Shown here: piece by piece, positions 35,597-38,658 of the stretch | Position numbering within the stretch: the first letter of the stretch is position 1 | Layout: every line of letters begins with the position of its first letter | Virus record (IMG/VR): IMGVR_UViG_2529293219_000028 | Origin: a virus | Lineage: Duplodnaviria; Heunggongvirae; Uroviricota; Caudoviricetes | Reading direction: 5' to 3' (one strand) | Length of the DNA: 38,658 bases | Translations under genes and position numbers: made by a program | Notes under the pieces: model-generated | What the model saw: only the letters and a program-made list of their open reading frames with translations | What the model was told of the DNA's origin: nothing | Databases searched by the model: none

Positions 35597-37687
35597 TCAG
35601 GCCAGCGGGTCATTTTCTTTTAATTTCGCTTCGAGCAACTGCAATCCCCGCTGGAAATTGCGCTCGTATTCTTCATCAGGCTCATCATCAATGGCAGGTT
35701 GCTGAACGGCCACCGTATTACCTACCGGGCGATAGATGTTTTCCAGCCAGGGCTCCTGCGGCTTGTGCTCCAGCACGTTGACAACCTCATCCTCGGCATC
35801 ACGGATTTTTTCCTCTGCGCGTTTACGCATGCCTTTAAGGCGTTGCTGCTGTTTGTAGTATTCCGCGCTAACCGGGAAGGCTTCGCGTTTATTACCGTCC
35901 CATACCGCCTCGCAAATCACGCTGCCATCCAGGCGACGTACGGTAATTCGTTCGGCATCATGAATGTCATAGCTGATAAGCACCTTGCGGCCATGCTCAT
36001 CACGCAGCTCGGGCGCGTAGTAAATATTATTCAGCCAGCGTATTTCACAGCGTCTTACAGGGCGTTCCACCATCGGCCGGAACATGTCCCGCAATTCCAC
36101 ATCGGACAGCCATTCAATTTCCGTGTCCTCTTCCGCCAGGCGTTTTTTTCTGAACTCCGCCGGGCTGTAATGCTTGCCGTTCGGCTTCACCGGTAATTCA
36201 TCGTGCGGCCGGTTGTTGTACCACTCAACACCATCACGAATGGCATCAATCAGTTCAGACCAGGACGGTAAATCACGCATCGCTGACTGCTGCCGGGCGT
36301 TCAGCCGTTTGCCCTGTTGCAGGGCAGTAAATGCCGAGCGTAAATCGCGGTTGGTTTTGCGTAACGTCTCGCGATCTGCACCTTTCCCGAAATAGGTGCG
36401 GTATTTACGGGCTATGCGCATCGGTAATGTGCGGTTAAGCCGTTCGATAATGCCTCGTCCCTGCGGATTACCGGCAATCCCGGTCGGGTGATTAATCCCC
36501 AGTCGCGGCAGTATCCCCACAACCTCCTTATCCAGGATGTCGGCGGTTTCCCCGGAGCCGTTATCCGAGTAATACAGAAACGGTTTGCCGTGATGGCGAA
36601 TGCCGTGCTGTATGGCACCGGCTACGGCGAAAACATTTTCAGCCAGGTCAAGGCTCCAGCCCACCACAAAGCGCGTGCCACCGTCGATAACAAAGGTCAC
36701 TTCCGGTGCAAATGGCCGACCGTGAACCGGGTGTGCGCATTTCAGCTTCATGCCGTGACCGTCACCAATCCAGACATAATTCACCGGCATTCTGGACCAG
36801 TCGCGGCGCGTGAATCCCTCAAGCTGGCGGTATTCACTGCCGGTCACCCGGCCTTTTTGTTTCACCACTTCCGGCAGTTTCTTCATTGCGCGGCGAATGG
36901 TGTCATAAGACGGCATGATATCGAGCATATAAGGCTCATCAGCGTGCCGGTGCTGCCATTCAGCGACAAAATCCTCGTAAGCCTCGGTCATTGGTCGGCC
37001 GTTTGACTGGCGATACTGCGCCAGAAATTCGGGCAGCCAGTTAATATCTTCGGCTTTTATTTCCTGGCGTTTACCCGGTGCCAGTAAAAGCAGGCGTTCA
37101 GCGGCGTTCTGTGCCTTGTTAAAGGCCGCAATCCATCGCTTCAGCGTGATTTCACTCAACGCACGGCTGTTTCCCTTTTTGGCGTTCGCCGTCTCAACCA
37201 TTGCCACAATGCGCTCGTCCAGCTGTGAACGTGCCAGGTTGTCAACGATAAACCGGATAGCCTTCGCGCAGCTGAAACCGGGTTGTTGCGCGACTTTCAT
37301 CACTTCGCTGACGATCGCGATTCGTGCATCAGCCACCTGGCGCTGGTTTTCAGTCAGGGCATTGAGGCGTTCGACCATCAGTTGTGGTGATCCGCGATAT
37401 GCCTCCACCGCATCAACCACGTCAGATGAGCGTCTGGCCTTTGTCACCACCGGAGCCGGTGATTCATCGGCTTTTTGCGTCATCAGTTGCAGGGCATAAC
37501 GTTCACGTAATGCCTGCTGCGTCACTTCAGGTAAACAGTCGATGCTGTATTCAGTTGCTTTAGAGCCTGAGCGACGACGGGAACAACAGCTTTTCCCTTG
37601 TACGTAACGTTGTAATGCCTGGCGAATACCTTTTGTTGTAGCAGGCATTCCGGGCGCGCCAATCAGTTCTTTTGCAATGACATACAT
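35597..37687 (-). CDS. DDE transposase, Mu A-like
   Basis: 696 aa; catalytic-core motifs WIGDGHGMKLKCAHPVHGRPF and LYYSDNGSGE; follows ner with start/stop overlap. Confidence 0.9.
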   Translation of the reverse strand: MYVIAKELIGAPGMPATTKGIRQALQRYVQGKSCCSRRRSGSKATEYSIDCLPEVTQQALRERYALQLMTQKADESPAPVVTKARRSSDVVDAVEAYRGSPQLMVERLNALTENQRQVADARIAIVSEVMKVAQQPGFSCAKAIRFIVDNLARSQLDERIVAMVETANAKKGNSRALSEITLKRWIAAFNKAQNAAERLLLLAPGKRQEIKAEDINWLPEFLAQYRQSNGRPMTEAYEDFVAEWQHRHADEPYMLDIMPSYDTIRRAMKKLPEVVKQKGRVTGSEYRQLEGFTRRDWSRMPVNYVWIGDGHGMKLKCAHPVHGRPFAPEVTFVIDGGTRFVVGWSLDLAENVFAVAGAIQHGIRHHGKPFLYYSDNGSGETADILDKEVVGILPRLGINHPTGIAGNPQGRGIIERLNRTLPMRIARKYRTYFGKGADRETLRKTNRDLRSAFTALQQGKRLNARQQSAMRDLPSWSELIDAIRDGVEWYNNRPHDELPVKPNGKHYSPAEFRKKRLAEEDTEIEWLSDVELRDMFRPMVERPVRRCEIRWLNNIYYAPELRDEHGRKVLISYDIHDAERITVRRLDGSVICEAVWDGNKREAFPVSAEYYKQQQRLKGMRKRAEEKIRDAEDEVVNVLEHKPQEPWLENIYRPVGNTVAVQQPAIDDEPDEEYERNFQRGLQLLEAKLKENDPLA

Positions 37688-37688
37688 A

Positions 37689-37937
37689 TCATGACGCCTT
37701 TCTCATATAGCTCTTAACCTGGTATCTACTGGGCCAGATTTCTTCAGGCGATACCCCAAGAGCATCAGCAATTATTTGCTGATACGGTCGGCAAGGAGTA
37801 CGTAATACGCTTTTCAGCGAATCCCTGCTGTAACCAGCCTTTAAAGATAAAGAGCGCAGTGATAAGCCAGCCATGTGTAAGCGCGCCTTGATGATTTCAG
37901 GCGGCCAATCGTGATCTGAAACTTCTCTTCTACTCAT
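37689..37937 (-). CDS. ner: Ner-like DNA-binding regulator
   Basis: 82 aa; ...QQIIADALGVSPEEIWPSRY resembles Mu Ner; divergent from the repressor gene. Confidence 0.8.
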   Translation of the reverse strand: MSRREVSDHDWPPEIIKARLHMAGLSLRSLSLKAGYSRDSLKSVLRTPCRPYQQIIADALGVSPEEIWPSRYQVKSYMRKAS

Positions 37938-38127
37938 ACTTCCTCTATTCTAAAAAGTTACCCGCGCGGATATTCGTGCGGATATCTGCACGGGTAAATA
38001 ATGCATCACCAAAAATACCAAATCAAGGTATTTTTGGTATTTTGGCTAATTTTTGCTTTTATCCTTATTTTTCAATTGGATAAATAGAAAGAAACCTTTC
38101 CTTAGAAAAGCACCAAGAGGTATCTTT
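37938..38127. promoter_or_regulatory. Divergent early/repressor control region (candidate operators and promoters)
   Basis: 190 bp AT-rich; 12 bp inverted repeat ACCAAAAATACC / GGTATTTTTGGT at about 38018-38048; direct repeats GCGGATAT x2 at about 37966-37990. Confidence 0.5.
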
Positions 38128-38658
38128 ATGTCGCAGGGAAAAGAACCTGTTATTGAACGTATTGGAATGCTTACAAAGCGCTACCCTTCAAGAAGTGCAG
38201 CTGCCAGAGCGTGGGGAATCAATATCAACACATTAAACAGCTATTTCAAGGGAGGACAAACACAACCAGCCCCCAGAGAAAGTATCCTTATACGAATTTC
38301 TGAAAGTGAAGGAGTTAGTCTTGAGTGGCTTAAAGAGGGCAAGGGTGAATCACCAAACGATGTTGGTATTTGTGGTAATTTTGGTTGTTCTGGTGATAAG
38401 GGAGATCAACTTACACAGATGCTTTCATTCCTTACGAAAGACGAACGAGAACAGTTAACCAATCTCCTTGCTCGCAAAGGTGTAGAGACGGTTCTGACAC
38501 TGCTGGATAAAGAAAACCAGGATTTATTACAACTAGAAGGCAGGAAGCGCCTGGCTGCGTTGATGATTGTAGATATGCCAGACGATTGCGTCAGAGAGAT
38601 TTTGGAAAAAACCGAGACAAGTAGGCAATCAAATCCGGTAGAATCTAAAGCGGGTTAG
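38128..38658 (+). CDS. Mu c-like repressor
   Basis: Start at MSQGKEPV (Met 26 of ORF-track 38053..38658) with AAGAGG RBS; called by position, divergent from ner at the prophage left arm; stop codon is the last 3 nt of the window. Confidence 0.75.
   Translation: MSQGKEPVIERIGMLTKRYPSRSAAARAWGININTLNSYFKGGQTQPAPRESILIRISESEGVSLEWLKEGKGESPNDVGICGNFGCSGDKGDQLTQMLSFLTKDEREQLTNLLARKGVETVLTLLDKENQDLLQLEGRKRLAALMIVDMPDDCVREILEKTETSRQSNPVESKAG

Larger units (their letters stand above)
142..38658 (-). mobile_element. Mu-like transposable prophage, nearly complete, inverted relative to the Mu map; attL end lies beyond the window
   Basis: Syntenic run c / ner / DDE transposase / B ATPase / gam / Mor / lysis / terminase / portal / F / G / I / T / sheath / tube / tape measure / N / P / baseplate / fibre / gin / com-mom, all recognisable in translation. 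Confidence 0.9.

Overview
Almost the whole window (about 142-38658) is one Mu-like transposable prophage, lying inverted relative to the canonical Mu map. Reading right to left: c repressor (+ strand, stop at the window's last base), then ner, a DDE transposase and an AAA+ B-like ATPase, a block of small early genes including Gam, a Mor/C-family activator, a lysis cassette, terminase/portal/head genes, tail and baseplate genes, a tail fibre gene joined to a compact Gin-controlled invertible segment, a cargo block carrying a large SASA/SGNH-type esterase, and com-mom next to the prophage right end. Positions 1-141 encode the N-terminus of a host ORF (YdhR-like, recalled from memory) that is interrupted by the prophage end; the left end (attL) lies beyond the window. 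All calls come from reading the translations, motifs and gene order; no database search was run. Several ORF-track starts were moved to internal Met codons where the track start overlapped the upstream gene. The points most worth follow-up are the 1.37 kb invertible tail-fibre switch with only one chaperone gene, the esterase cargo in the position where Mu has only gin-com-mom, a three-repeat Myb/SANT-like early protein, and a (GGCTTC)10 repeat inside a head-region gene. No single multi-gene system stands out as clearly novel; the cargo and early accessory blocks are the best candidates.
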